From an uncultured delta proteobacterium (GTDB lineage Bacteria; Myxococcota_A; Polyangia; Polyangiales; JAFGIB01): a DNA stretch of 64,000 nucleotides. Numbering within the stretch: the first letter of the stretch is position 1; each line of letters starts with the position of its first letter. The notes under the pieces are model-generated. The model saw nothing but the letters and a program-made list of their open reading frames with translations. It did not search any database and was not told the DNA's origin. The position numbers were made by a program, and so were the translations under genes. Shown one piece after another: positions 1 to 9,470 of this stretch. The DNA lies in assembly GCA_963778655.1 (NCBI GenBank), contig CAVZVA010000005.1, positions 256,001 through 320,000 on the forward strand. The letters are read 5' to 3'.

Positions 1-1404
1 GCGCAGGCCGGCTCGCTGCAGGCCGGCAGCTGCGGCGGCGCGGGCGTTGGCGTGGCGGCGTCGTGGACGGCGCCCGCCGCGGGCCGTTACGCCTTCACCA
101 CCCGCGGCTCGAGCTTCGACAGCGTGCTCTCGCTGCGCGACGGCGGCTGCAGCGACGTGGAGCTCGCGTGCAACGACGACTCGGGCGCGCTCAGCTCCGC
201 GCTCGGGCTGCAGCTGGCACAGGGGCAGCAGGTCACCGCGCTGATCGACGGCCTGTCCGCGGGCAGCGATGCGCGCTTCGAGCTCGACATCGAGCGCGCG
301 CCCTGTCCGAGCGTGGATCTGGGCTCGCGCCTGGGGCAAGGCGTGGCGCGCGGGTCGACCTACGGCGGCCTGGACCTGCTGGCCGGCAGCTGCGGCGGCA
401 GCCGCAGCGAGGACGCGCGCTTCGCCTGGACCGCGCCCGCCGGCGGGCGCTATCGCTTCTCGCTGTTCGACCCGCGTTACCAGGCCGTGCTGTACGTGCG
501 CGACGGCGATTGCGACGGCAGCGAGCTCGGCTGCACGGCCGCCGCCGACGTGGGGCCGCTCGAGCTGGCGCTTGCGGGCGGCCAGCGCGTCGCGGTGTTG
601 GTAGACGGGCGCGACGGCCGCAGCGGCGCCTTCAGCCTCGACATCGTCGACGCTCAGGCCAGCTGCGGGGCGGCCTGCAACGCGCCGGCCGCGCCGGGCG
701 CGTGCGCCTGCGACCCGGGCTGCGTGGCCGCGGGCGACTGCTGCGTGGATGCGTGCGAGACCTGCGGCGCCTGCCGCTGCCAGCGCGCATGCGGCGGCAT
801 GCGCTGCGGCGACGACGGTTGCGGCGGCACCTGCGGGCAGTGCCCCGCGGGTCAGCGCTGCGACGCCGGTGCGTGCGTTGCCGACGCCTGCGCGGGAATC
901 AGCTGCGACGCCTGTAGCCAGTGCGTGGACGGCCGCTGCACGCCGCTCGCCGAGGGCGCCGCGTGCGAGGACGGCGATCCGTGCACTGTGCTGGACGCCT
1001 GTCATGGCGGGCAATGTCAGGGAGAGGCGCGCGACTGTGACGACGGCTTCGCCTGCACGCGCGACCGCTGCGACCCGGGCAGCGGACAGTGCCGGCACAC
1101 CCGCGATCCGAGCTGCTGCGAGCCGCCCTGCGCCGATGCCGGCGCGGGCACCTGCGCGCCCGGCGCCGATGCCTGCATCGCACGCCTCGCCGACGCCGGC
1201 GTGCTCGGGGACGGCGGCGCGGCGCATCCGGGCGACGCAGGCCGCGCCTCGGCACGGCCGCGGGGTGGTGGCTGCGCTTGCCGCGCCGCCGCGGGTCCGG
1301 CGGCGCACGCGCGCGCGCCCTGGCTGCTGGCGCTGTGCGCGCTCGCGTTGACGTGGCGCCGGCGCCGGCCGCGCCGGCGTCCACTGCGCACCCGATCGCG
1401 CTGA
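1..1404 (+). CDS. Cys-rich surface protein with PPC-like beta-sandwich repeats and MYXO-CTERM sorting signal (5' partial)
   Basis: Frame 1 is open from base 1. Two repeats of WTAPAxGRYxF...LxVRDGxC...ELxC, a somatomedin-B-like CACDPGCVAAGDCC segment, CxDGDPCT/CDDGFACTRDRC repeats, and C-terminal GGGCAC...WLLALCALALTWRRRR. Confidence 0.8.
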   Translation, partial: AQAGSLQAGSCGGAGVGVAASWTAPAAGRYAFTTRGSSFDSVLSLRDGGCSDVELACNDDSGALSSALGLQLAQGQQVTALIDGLSAGSDARFELDIERAPCPSVDLGSRLGQGVARGSTYGGLDLLAGSCGGSRSEDARFAWTAPAGGRYRFSLFDPRYQAVLYVRDGDCDGSELGCTAAADVGPLELALAGGQRVAVLVDGRDGRSGAFSLDIVDAQASCGAACNAPAAPGACACDPGCVAAGDCCVDACETCGACRCQRACGGMRCGDDGCGGTCGQCPAGQRCDAGACVADACAGISCDACSQCVDGRCTPLAEGAACEDGDPCTVLDACHGGQCQGEARDCDDGFACTRDRCDPGSGQCRHTRDPSCCEPPCADAGAGTCAPGADACIARLADAGVLGDGGAAHPGDAGRASARPRGGGCACRAAAGPAAHARAPWLLALCALALTWRRRRPRRRPLRTRSR

Positions 1405-1481
1405 CCTGAGCCACCTCGGTCGCGCCGCCTGCCGCCGCGCGCGCAGGTGACCGCCGGGGCGTTTCGCGCTACGTTCGCGCC

Positions 1482-1895
1482 ATGGCTGAGACGGTTTTTT
1501 CGCGCATCATCCGCGGCGAGCTGCCCTGCCACCGCGTCTACGAGGACACGGACGTGCTCGCGTTTCTCGACATCAACCCGCTGTGCGAGGGTCACACGCT
1601 GGTGATCCCCAAGGCTGAGGTGGAGACGCTTGATCAGCTCACGGACGAGCAGGCGGCGGCGATCGGGCGCGTGCTGCCGCGGATCAGCCGGGCCGTGCTC
1701 GCGGCCACCGGGACCCGCGAGTTCCACGTGGTGCAGAAGAACGGCCTGGAGGCCGGCCAGCTGGTGGCGCACGTGCACTTTCACATCATCCCGAGATACC
1801 CCGACGGACGCGGCCTGGGCCTGCGCTGGAAGCCGACCGCCCTCGATCCGGTGCGGGCGCAGCAGCTCGCGCGCGAGATCGCCGAGCGCTGCTGA
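1482..1895 (+). CDS. HIT family nucleotide-binding protein
   Basis: N-terminal TVFSRIIRGELP, AFLDINP, GHTLVIPK and histidine triad HVHFHIIPR. Confidence 0.95.
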   Translation: MAETVFSRIIRGELPCHRVYEDTDVLAFLDINPLCEGHTLVIPKAEVETLDQLTDEQAAAIGRVLPRISRAVLAATGTREFHVVQKNGLEAGQLVAHVHFHIIPRYPDGRGLGLRWKPTALDPVRAQQLAREIAERC

Positions 1896-1921
1896 GGCGG
1901 CGCGCGCGCTTGCCGGCGCGC

Positions 1922-2500
1922 TCAGCGCACGTCCACTGCCAAGTGCTCGTGCAGCACGAAACCGCCCGCTTCGCGCACCAGCGCACCCTGATGGCTGCGG
2001 TAGACGCCACGGCGCAGGTCTTCGAGCAGCAGCTCCAGCACCTGGCGCACCACCGGAAATGCCAGCTGCGCCCACGGGATTTGCTCGGGGGCGAGCAGCT
2101 CGACCGCCTGGCTCTCGGGCCCGGGCGCGAAGCCTGGCGCTGCCAGCGCCGCGCGATACAGCACGTAGGCCTGCCCGATGTGCGGCACGTCGAAGTGCGC
2201 GTAAGGCGCGACGATGCGCACGGTCGCGCCGGCCTCCTCGTGCGTCTCGCGCGCCGCGCCCTGCATCGCGCTCTCGCCCAGCTCGAGGAATCCGGCCGGC
2301 AGCGTCCAGTAGCCCGCGCGCGGCGCGATCGCGCGCTTGCACAGCAGGATCCGCCCCTCGCTTTCCACGATGCAGCCGACGATCAGCCTAGGATTCTGAT
2401 AGTGGATCGCGCCGCAGGCGTCGCACACGTAGCGCTCGCGGTCCTCACCCGGGGGAACGCGCTTGTGCAGCGCGTGGCCGCATTGGCTGCAGTACTGCAT
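1922..2500 (-). CDS. NUDIX hydrolase with N-terminal zinc ribbon
   Basis: YCSQCG...CDACGAIHYQNP and Nudix box GFLELGESAMQGAARETHEEAG. Confidence 0.93.
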   Translation of the reverse strand: MQYCSQCGHALHKRVPPGEDRERYVCDACGAIHYQNPRLIVGCIVESEGRILLCKRAIAPRAGYWTLPAGFLELGESAMQGAARETHEEAGATVRIVAPYAHFDVPHIGQAYVLYRAALAAPGFAPGPESQAVELLAPEQIPWAQLAFPVVRQVLELLLEDLRRGVYRSHQGALVREAGGFVLHEHLAVDVR

Positions 2501-2507
2501 CGAGTCA

Positions 2508-2666
2508 GTGCTCTGACCGGGTGATTCTGATCGGACCTCGCGCCCGATCCGAGGCCGCCCGCGGCGTCGCTTTCCTCGAAAGGGGGGCTATCCTTCCTTC
2601 GTCAACCGACGCCCTGCTCGACATCGCCTCAGACGATCTCCGTTCACAATCACCCGGTCAGAGCAC
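2508..2666. mobile_element. MITE-like element with 19-bp perfect terminal inverted repeats
   Basis: GTGCTCTGACCGGGTGATT (2508-2526) and its reverse complement AATCACCCGGTCAGAGCAC (2648-2666); the match extends to about 28 bp with 2 mismatches. Intergenic, no transposase. Confidence 0.65.
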
Positions 2667-2745
2667 CAGCCAGCTTACAACAAGAAGCGCACGCGCGCGT
2701 CGCTGTCTGCTGACGCGCGCACCCTCGCCCGTGCCCGCGCTGCGG

Positions 2746-3054
2746 TCAAGGCTGGCTCTTGGCCAGGCTCGCGCTCGCCGCGGGCTTCGGCTGGGTCGCC
2801 GGGATCTTGCTCATATAGATGCGGTTGCAGTGGGTGCCGAGCGTGGTGCGATCCTCGGCGCACACGTAGCTCGCTTCGAGCCCGCAGCCGGCCAGCCGGT
2901 ACACGCCCTCGGCCGCGTCGACGATCCGCGTCTGCTGGGCGGCGCAGGAAAAGTCGCGCGCCGCGCGCGTACGAACCTGCGTCCTCACGTCCGCGCAGGC
3001 CGCGAGCCCCGACACGATCCCCACACCCAACAAGGCTGCCGACCCTAGCTTCAC
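2746..3054 (-). CDS. Small Cys-rich lipoprotein, hypothetical
   Basis: GTG start, signal peptide with lipobox GLAAC, RAARDFSC...AGCG...YVC pattern. Confidence 0.65.
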   Translation of the reverse strand: MKLGSAALLGVGIVSGLAACADVRTQVRTRAARDFSCAAQQTRIVDAAEGVYRLAGCGLEASYVCAEDRTTLGTHCNRIYMSKIPATQPKPAASASLAKSQP

Positions 3055-3201
3055 GGCCGGGCCGCAGGCTACCACGTCACGCGGCCGACTCCAATCGGTG
3101 CTGTTTTCCCGCAAACTTGCGGCCCGACGCGCTCGGATGGTGCCCGAATCGACCGCTCGGCTCGCTTGCCTGAGTCCCCGAGCCGGCGGTACGAATCGGC
3201 C

Positions 3202-3579
3202 ATGAGTCGCGTGCTGGTCGTCGACGACAACCGCGAGCTCGCGGACGACTTGGCCGAGATCCTGGGGGGCGCCGGCCACCAGGCGCGCGCCGTCTACGGG
3301 GGCGCGGCCGCGCTCCAGCTCTCGCGCAATTTCGACTTCGACGTCGCGCTGGTGGATATTCGCATGCCTGATATGGACGGGGTCACCCTGGTCCAGCACC
3401 TGATGAACGTTCGGCCGAACGCGCACTACCTGTTCATGACCGGCGACAGCTCCGATCGCACCCTCTCCGAAGCGGCGGCCATGGGCCAGCGCGCCGTCCT
3501 GCTCAAGCCGCTCGACATCGATCGGCTGCTGCGTCTGGTGGCGGCCTGCGGCCGGAACAGAAACGGCGTGACCCCGTGA
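3202..3579 (+). CDS. Single-domain response regulator (CheY-like receiver)
   Basis: VLVVDD, phospho-acceptor LVDIRMPDMDG, MTG and LKP motifs. Confidence 0.92.
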   Translation: MSRVLVVDDNRELADDLAEILGGAGHQARAVYGGAAALQLSRNFDFDVALVDIRMPDMDGVTLVQHLMNVRPNAHYLFMTGDSSDRTLSEAAAMGQRAVLLKPLDIDRLLRLVAACGRNRNGVTP

Positions 3580-4133
3580 TCGCCAGCAGTCGCGAGGCGG
3601 CGCCCGCGGGCGCCCGCCGCATGCTGATGCGCGCGGGTGCCCTGCTGGGGTACACGTGGCTGCTGGGCATCGCTGCTTGCAGCTCGGCCAGCTTCGTCCA
3701 GGGCGTGTACGACGATGGCACGGTGCGCTACCGCGTCGGCGTCCTGACCGGCGCCTGGCGCCGGGTTGACGTTAGCGACAACGACCTCGCGTTCTTCCAT
3801 CCGTCGCTCGGCACCATCAGCATCAACTCGACCTGCCGGGGATACGAGGACGTCCCCGAGCAGGCACTGATGAACCAGCTTCTGTTTGGGACGCGCGACC
3901 GCGTGTACCGGCTCGAGGAGACGGTCACCGTGGACGGCCGTGGCGCCCTTCACGACGTGGTAGACCTCACGCTCGACGGCGTTCCCCTGACGCTCGAGCT
4001 GTACGTGCTCAAGAAGGATGGCTGCGTCTATGACCTGAGCTGGATCTCGAGCCGCGCCGCCTTCGCTCGCGGACGAGCTGACTTCCAGGCCGTGGTGCGC
4101 AGCTTCGAGGTGTTGCGCACGCGCCTGGACTGA
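3576..4133 (+). CDS. Putative lipoprotein, hypothetical
   Basis: GTGA overlap with the response regulator; lipobox IAAC; globular composition with KKDGCVYD motif. Confidence 0.7.
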   Translation: MIASSREAAPAGARRMLMRAGALLGYTWLLGIAACSSASFVQGVYDDGTVRYRVGVLTGAWRRVDVSDNDLAFFHPSLGTISINSTCRGYEDVPEQALMNQLLFGTRDRVYRLEETVTVDGRGALHDVVDLTLDGVPLTLELYVLKKDGCVYDLSWISSRAAFARGRADFQAVVRSFEVLRTRLD

Positions 4134-4195
4134 GGCGCGTCCCCGCGGCCTTGCGCCGCGCGGGTGCGGTGCTTATTTGACTCACGGAGGCCCAC

Positions 4196-4621
4196 ATGAT
4201 CGCCGAAGACATCATGACTCACAAACCACTGACGGTGACGGAGAAGGTCAGCATCGGTGAAGCGCTGGCGCTGCTCGGCGAGGCGGGGGTGCGCCACCTG
4301 CCGGTGGTGCGCGGCGGCGACGTCATCGGCATCCTGAGCGATCGCGACTTCAGCGGCCTCGGGATCGCGCTGGTCAATGATATCCGCAGCTACGACAGCT
4401 TCCGTAGCCGGCTCGCGCAGCCGGTCAGCACGCTGATGACCGGCGGGGTGGTCACGGTCGACCGCGATGCGGACGTGACCGAGATAGTAGACCTGATGCT
4501 GGAGGAAAAGCTGAGCGCAGTGCCCGTGGTCGAGAGCGGCACCCAAGAGCTGGCCGGCATCGTCAGCTACGTCGACGTGCTCAAGGTCGCCCAGCCCCTG
4601 CTCGAGGAGGAAGAGGACTAG
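4196..4621 (+). CDS. CBS domain pair protein
   Basis: GGAGG RBS; IMT..P.TV, RHLPVV, GILSDRD, SAVPVV, GIVSYVDVL. Confidence 0.92.
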   Translation: MIAEDIMTHKPLTVTEKVSIGEALALLGEAGVRHLPVVRGGDVIGILSDRDFSGLGIALVNDIRSYDSFRSRLAQPVSTLMTGGVVTVDRDADVTEIVDLMLEEKLSAVPVVESGTQELAGIVSYVDVLKVAQPLLEEEED

Positions 4622-4648
4622 TTCCCGTCCAGAAATGGCGCTTGCGAG

Positions 4649-4719
4649 GATTCAACAGGAAGACGGGAAGGCGAGAAGAATAAGATAGTCGGGGCTTCCC
4701 GCCTTCCCACCTTTCTGTG
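4649..4719. repeat. Purine/pyrimidine inverted repeat, REP-like, copy 1
   Basis: ACAGGAAGACGGGAAGGCGAGAAG ... CTTCCCGCCTTCCCACCTTTCTGTG between convergent genes; related copies at about 17364-17472 and 63932-63988. Confidence 0.65.
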
Positions 4720-4742
4720 GGGATCGGCGCGATCGCGCGTGC

Positions 4743-5201
4743 TCAGCCGTCCTCGGGATCGATGGTCGTCACGTCGTCGCGCAGGATGTCGGCGCTGAGC
4801 ACTTCGCGCTCCTCGTGCTCCATGTCGGCGCGCAGCTCCGCGATCAGCTCGCGCAGCTTGGGCTCGAGCGCAGCCGGCGGGTGCGAGCTCAGCCTCTTCA
4901 GGCTCGGCTCGCTGAACTCCTCGCGTTGTTGCTCGTGGTGCTCCGAGAGCCGCTCGGCGCGCACCTCGCCCCACGCGTCCGCGTCGCGGAGGGCCGGTAG
5001 TAGCACCGAATCCTCGTGGTCGATGTGCGTGCGCAACTCGGCGTAGAGCGCCCGGGCCTGCTCCAGCGCGCGGGCGGCCACCTGCTCGGCTCCGCTGGCC
5101 ATGTGCTCCAGGATCTTTTCGAGCTCGTCCAGCCGCGCGCGCAGCGAACGGTGCTCGCGCAAGATGCGCTCTCGGACGCGGCTCGGCCGGATCGATGTCA
5201 T
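4743..5201 (-). CDS. Hemerythrin/HHE cation-binding domain protein
   Basis: EHRSLR, HIDHEDSVLLP, HHEQQR, DMEHEERE helical motifs; GGAGG RBS. Confidence 0.85.
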   Translation of the reverse strand: MTSIRPSRVRERILREHRSLRARLDELEKILEHMASGAEQVAARALEQARALYAELRTHIDHEDSVLLPALRDADAWGEVRAERLSEHHEQQREEFSEPSLKRLSSHPPAALEPKLRELIAELRADMEHEEREVLSADILRDDVTTIDPEDG

Positions 5202-5297
5202 GGCACAGCGCCTCCCAGCACTGCGTTAGATAAGCGCAATTCTCGGCCCCGCCATCCCGAGGCCGTAGCCGTGCTCCTGCTCGCCCTCGTCTCCACC

Positions 5298-6821
5298 CTA
5301 CGCCTGCGACAGCTCCGTGCCACCCGGCTCTTCCATGTGGTAACCCGCCTCGCCGTGGTCGGACGCGTCGAGCCCGAGCTCCTCGGCCTCGGCGTCGGGC
5401 CGCAGTCCGATCAGCGCCTTGACGATGCTGGCCAGCACGTAAGTTCCGACAATGGCGATCACCAGCGTCAGGCCGATCGCCTTGAGCTGCTCGATCCACA
5501 GCGTGTGGCCCACGATGCCTTTGAGGTTGACGTTGAGGTTGGGGTTGGCCTCGGGTGTAGCCAGAAAGCCCGTCACCAGCGCGCCGAGCGTACCCCCCAC
5601 GCCGTGCACGCCGAAGGTGTCGAGCGCGTCGTCGTATTTGAACACCGCCTTCAGCTTCGTGCACGCCAGGTAAGGCACGACGCCGGCCAGCAGGCCGATG
5701 ATCACCGCGCCATTGGCGGTGACGAAGCCGGACGCGGGCGTGATCACCACCAGACCGGCCACCGCGCCAGAGCAGAAGCCGAGCACCGTGGGCTTGCCGT
5801 TCGTCACCCACTCGATCGCCGGCCAGGTCGTGCCGGCCACGGCTGTCGCCAGCGTCGTCGCCGTGAACGCGGTAGCGGCGATGCCGTCCGCCGCCACCGC
5901 GCTGCCGGCGTTGAAGCCGTACCAGCCAACCCACAGCATGCCGGTGCCGACCATCGTCAGCGTGAGGCTGTGCGGCAGGAAGGCGCGGTGCCCGAAGCCG
6001 GTGCGCTTGCCGAGCATCAGGCACAACACCAGCGCCGACCAGCCCGAGGTCATGTGCACGACGGTTCCGCCCGCGAAGTCGACCGCCTTGATCTTCGCGC
6101 CCGCGTTCCACACTCCATTCATCAACCCGTCGGCGCCCCACACCATGTGAGCCTGCGGAAAGTACACGACCAGCATCCACAGCGTCAGGAACAGCATGAC
6201 CGCCGAGAACTTCATGCGCTCTGCGATCGAGCCCACGATCAGCGCGGGCGTGATGATCGCGAACATCAGCTGATACATCGAGAACACGTTGTGCGAGACC
6301 CAGTAGGCGTAGTCCGTGTTCGGCGTGGAGGTCACACCATTGAGGAACGCGTAGCTCAGGTCGCCGAGGAAGGGGCTGCCTTTGGCGAACGCGAAGCTGT
6401 AGCCGACCGCCCACCACAGGATGGTGACCATGCCGGCGCAGCCGCAGCACTGGGCCAGCACCGACAGCACGTTTTTTCTGCGCACCAGCCCGCCGTAGAA
6501 CAGGCCCAGCCCCGGCAGGGTCATGAACAGCACCAGTGCCGTCGAGGTCATCATCCAGGCGTTGTGGCCCGGGCCGGGGCCGGACAGCACCTTGGGCGCG
6601 CCGTTGGTCACGTAGGCCTCGAGGTCGGCGACCCGCTGGGCCAAGTCGGCGGAAGCGCCGGCGGGCTGCGCCAGTGCCCGCCGGGCCGCGAGCCCGACCA
6701 ATGCGAAGCCCGCCCACGCCAGCCATCCGCGGTTGGACCGGCGATGCCGGCTTGCCGCCGCGCACAGCCCGCCGAACCGGCCCGCAGCGCTGCAAGGACC
6801 TGACGCCCGCCCGATGTCCAT
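5298..6821 (-). CDS. amtB: Ammonium transporter (Amt family); start codon uncertain
   Basis: LGLFYGGLVRRKNVL, QLMFAIIT, AER, DFAGGTVVH, WYGFNAGS, DDALDTFGVHGVGG, LDASDHGE; both pore His residues present. Confidence 0.95.
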   Translation of the reverse strand: MDIGRASGPCSAAGRFGGLCAAASRHRRSNRGWLAWAGFALVGLAARRALAQPAGASADLAQRVADLEAYVTNGAPKVLSGPGPGHNAWMMTSTALVLFMTLPGLGLFYGGLVRRKNVLSVLAQCCGCAGMVTILWWAVGYSFAFAKGSPFLGDLSYAFLNGVTSTPNTDYAYWVSHNVFSMYQLMFAIITPALIVGSIAERMKFSAVMLFLTLWMLVVYFPQAHMVWGADGLMNGVWNAGAKIKAVDFAGGTVVHMTSGWSALVLCLMLGKRTGFGHRAFLPHSLTLTMVGTGMLWVGWYGFNAGSAVAADGIAATAFTATTLATAVAGTTWPAIEWVTNGKPTVLGFCSGAVAGLVVITPASGFVTANGAVIIGLLAGVVPYLACTKLKAVFKYDDALDTFGVHGVGGTLGALVTGFLATPEANPNLNVNLKGIVGHTLWIEQLKAIGLTLVIAIVGTYVLASIVKALIGLRPDAEAEELGLDASDHGEAGYHMEEPGGTELSQA

Positions 6822-6995
6822 CACGTTTCCACGAGCCATGGCCGCACCTCGCTGTAGGCGGGCAGGATTCCGGAGCACCCACTCGAAGCGCCTGCCCGCC
6901 TCGATGGGCTGCAAGCTAGCCGTGTAATATTTCCGACAGGTTTCCGAATTCCTGCCGGCTGGTTTCGTGGAAACAATCCAGGGGCTGGGCCGAGC

Positions 6996-8012
6996 TCAGC
7001 CGTCGATGTCGAGCACCACCTTGCCCAGGTGCCGGCCGGCGCGGAGGTGCTCGCAGGCCTCGGCGACGGCGCTCATGGCGAAGCGCCGCACGTCGATCAC
7101 GGGATGTAGGCCGTGGGCCCCTACCACCCGCAACAACTGCTCGCTGGTTTCACGCGATCCGACCACCACGCCCTGCAAGCGCACCTGGGGCAGAAACACG
7201 TACGGCAAGTGAATCTCCTGCCGCGCACCTGAGAGCACGCCGATCAAGCTGATCGTGCCGCCGGTGCAGACCGCCCGCAGGGACTGGCCGAGCGTGCCTG
7301 CACCGCCCACCTCGATCACGTGATCGACGCCACGCCCGCCGGTCAGGCCGCGTACCGCCTTGCCCCACTCCGGCGTGCGCACGTAGTTGAGCGTGTGGTC
7401 GGCTCCCAGCGCCTGCGCCCGCTGTAGCTTGTCGTCGCTGCTGGAAGTGACGATCACCCGCGCTCCCAGCAGCTTGGCCAGTTGCAGCGCGAACAGCGAG
7501 ACGCCGCCCGTGCCTTGCACCAGCACCGTGTCCGCCGGACCCACGCGTCCCAGCACCGCCAGCGCGTGCCAGGCCGTGACCGCGGCGCAGGGCAGGGCGG
7601 CCGCCTCGCGCAGGCCGAGCCCGTCGGGCAATCGGCAGACGCCCTCCTGCGACAGACAGCACAGCTCGCACAGCACTCCGTCGAGCGGCCCGCCCAGGCT
7701 GGTGGCGAGCGCCCGCGGCGTCGGCGCGCCCGCGATCCAGCCCTGGAAGAAGCAGCTCATCACCCGGTCGCCCACCGCCACGCGCCGCACGCCGTCGCCG
7801 ACGGCGACGACCTCGCCTGCGCCATCGCTGAGCGGAATCAGCGGCGTGCGGATCTGGGCGCCATACCCGCCCGCCGCGACCACCAGATCGCGGTAGTTCA
7901 GCGAGGCGTGGCGCATGCGGACTAGAACCTGCCCTGGACCCGGCTGCGGATCGGGGCGCTGGACCAGCCGCAGCTGCTCGATGCCCACGCCCTGAAGCTC
8001 GATCGCGCGCAT
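6996..8012 (-). CDS. NAD(P)-dependent MDR-family oxidoreductase (zinc-type alcohol dehydrogenase-like)
   Basis: SLNYRDL, PLSDGAGEV, LPCAAVTAW, QGTGGVSLFA, HLGKVV. Confidence 0.92.
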   Translation of the reverse strand: MRAIELQGVGIEQLRLVQRPDPQPGPGQVLVRMRHASLNYRDLVVAAGGYGAQIRTPLIPLSDGAGEVVAVGDGVRRVAVGDRVMSCFFQGWIAGAPTPRALATSLGGPLDGVLCELCCLSQEGVCRLPDGLGLREAAALPCAAVTAWHALAVLGRVGPADTVLVQGTGGVSLFALQLAKLLGARVIVTSSSDDKLQRAQALGADHTLNYVRTPEWGKAVRGLTGGRGVDHVIEVGGAGTLGQSLRAVCTGGTISLIGVLSGARQEIHLPYVFLPQVRLQGVVVGSRETSEQLLRVVGAHGLHPVIDVRRFAMSAVAEACEHLRAGRHLGKVVLDIDG

Positions 8013-8071
8013 GGGTGCAGCCTACACCCGCGCGGGGGCCTCGCGTGCAAGCGCCGGCACCGGCGCGCCGC

Positions 8072-9172
8072 TCAAGGACGCTTGGGCTGGGTCCCGGCCG
8101 CAAAGCGGGGACTACGGGCGCGGCCGGTACCGATCGGCTTGGGGGCGAGGTCGCCTGCGCGGGCGTGCGCCTGCCGCGGCTGGCCATGCGTGGTGGCGAC
8201 CATCACGCGGTTGCGCCCGCACCGCTTGGCCTCGTACATCGCGCGGTCGGCGCGCTCCTCGAGGGCCTCGGCACTCTCGCGGCGGTCCCAGGTGGCGACG
8301 CCGATCGAGACCGTCTGCCGCAGGCACAGCCCGTCGCCTGCGGCGAGCGGCTCGCGCTCCAGCTGCTGGCGCAGCCGTTGCGCCACCCACAGCGCCTGGC
8401 GATCCGCGGTCGCCGGCATGATCAGCACGAACTCCTCACCACCGCGCCGCACCATGACGTCCACCGCGCGCACGCACGCGCGCACCGTGTCGGCGAACGC
8501 GCGCAACACGCGATCGCCCACCGCGTGGCCGTGGCGATCGTTGACGTGCTTGAAATGGTCGAGGTCCATCAGCAGCACGCTGAGCGGTTCGGCGTGGCGC
8601 GTCGCGCGCTCCATCTCCTCGCACAGGCGTGGCAGCAGGTAGCGGCGGTTGTACGCCAGCGTCTGGGAATCGGTCAGCGAGAGGCGTCGCAGCTCCGCGG
8701 TGCGCAGCGCCTGGGCCGCGGCCCCGGCCAGCAGCAGCGCCATCGCTTCGTCGGTGTCGTCGAAAGCTTCGCGCACCGGAGACGAGAGCGAGAGCACGCC
8801 CAGCGTTCCACCGCCTCTGCACACCGGCACCGAGAGCACCGAGCCGACCGCAAACCCGCGCTCGCGCCGATCGACGAAGCGCGGCTCGCGCAGGCTGTCG
8901 CCCACGCGCGCGGAGCGTCCGTGCTCGGCGACCCAGCCGAGCACGCCCTGGCCTTTGACGAAGGGTAGGGCGGGCCCCTGGGCCCCGACCCCGGAGCGCG
9001 CGCCAATCTCCATGCGGCCGTCCGGCCCGCACAGCCGCAGCGAGGCGTGGTCGGCGGCGATTAGCTTGAGGGCGGCGTCGGTGACCGCTTGCAGGGGAGA
9101 GGCCCCGCTCGCTTCCTCGTCCAGCAGGCGCTGGGTCATCTCAGTCAGAATGCCGAGCGCCTCTGGATGCAT
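8072..9172 (-). CDS. GAF-GGDEF diguanylate cyclase
   Basis: GAF (GQGVLGWV...F...D); DLDHFKHVNDRHGH; RAVD I-site followed by RRGGEEF. Confidence 0.92.
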   Translation of the reverse strand: MHPEALGILTEMTQRLLDEEASGASPLQAVTDAALKLIAADHASLRLCGPDGRMEIGARSGVGAQGPALPFVKGQGVLGWVAEHGRSARVGDSLREPRFVDRRERGFAVGSVLSVPVCRGGGTLGVLSLSSPVREAFDDTDEAMALLLAGAAAQALRTAELRRLSLTDSQTLAYNRRYLLPRLCEEMERATRHAEPLSVLLMDLDHFKHVNDRHGHAVGDRVLRAFADTVRACVRAVDVMVRRGGEEFVLIMPATADRQALWVAQRLRQQLEREPLAAGDGLCLRQTVSIGVATWDRRESAEALEERADRAMYEAKRCGRNRVMVATTHGQPRQAHARAGDLAPKPIGTGRARSPRFAAGTQPKRP

Positions 9173-9310
9173 GCCCGCTGATTCTATTCACGCGGCGCAA
9201 AATCCAAGTAAAAATAGCGTGACAACAGAAGAAATCGCCGTGCGGGCCGGGTCGGCGCGACTCAGGATCAAGCCGGCGGGAGATCTGATTCGCTTTCTAT
9301 TCTAGGTAGT

Positions 9311-9422
9311 TAGCGTCGCGACCCAAGGATGCGCTGCAGCCCTGCGGGCATGCTCGCTTCGGAGCGCGAAACGAATTTCGCGCGAGCCTTTGGCGTACCC
9401 GAGCTGGGGCACGACCCCCTGG
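9311..9422. mobile_element. Possible degenerate MITE-like element
   Basis: Imperfect ends TAGCGTCGCGACCC / GGGGCACGACCCCTG; internal hairpin GCGCGAAA-CGAA-TTTCGCGC; shares CGCGAAACGAAT with 15756-15767. Confidence 0.35.
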
Positions 9423-9470
9423 TCCTGAATCGCTTTTCCACTCCCGAACGGCGTGCCAAGATGCCGCCCG

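Noticed and set aside
6822..6995. Sigma54/NtrC-type promoter upstream of amt
   Set aside because: No GG-N10-GC with correct spacing on the coding strand at the TTGC sites I checked.
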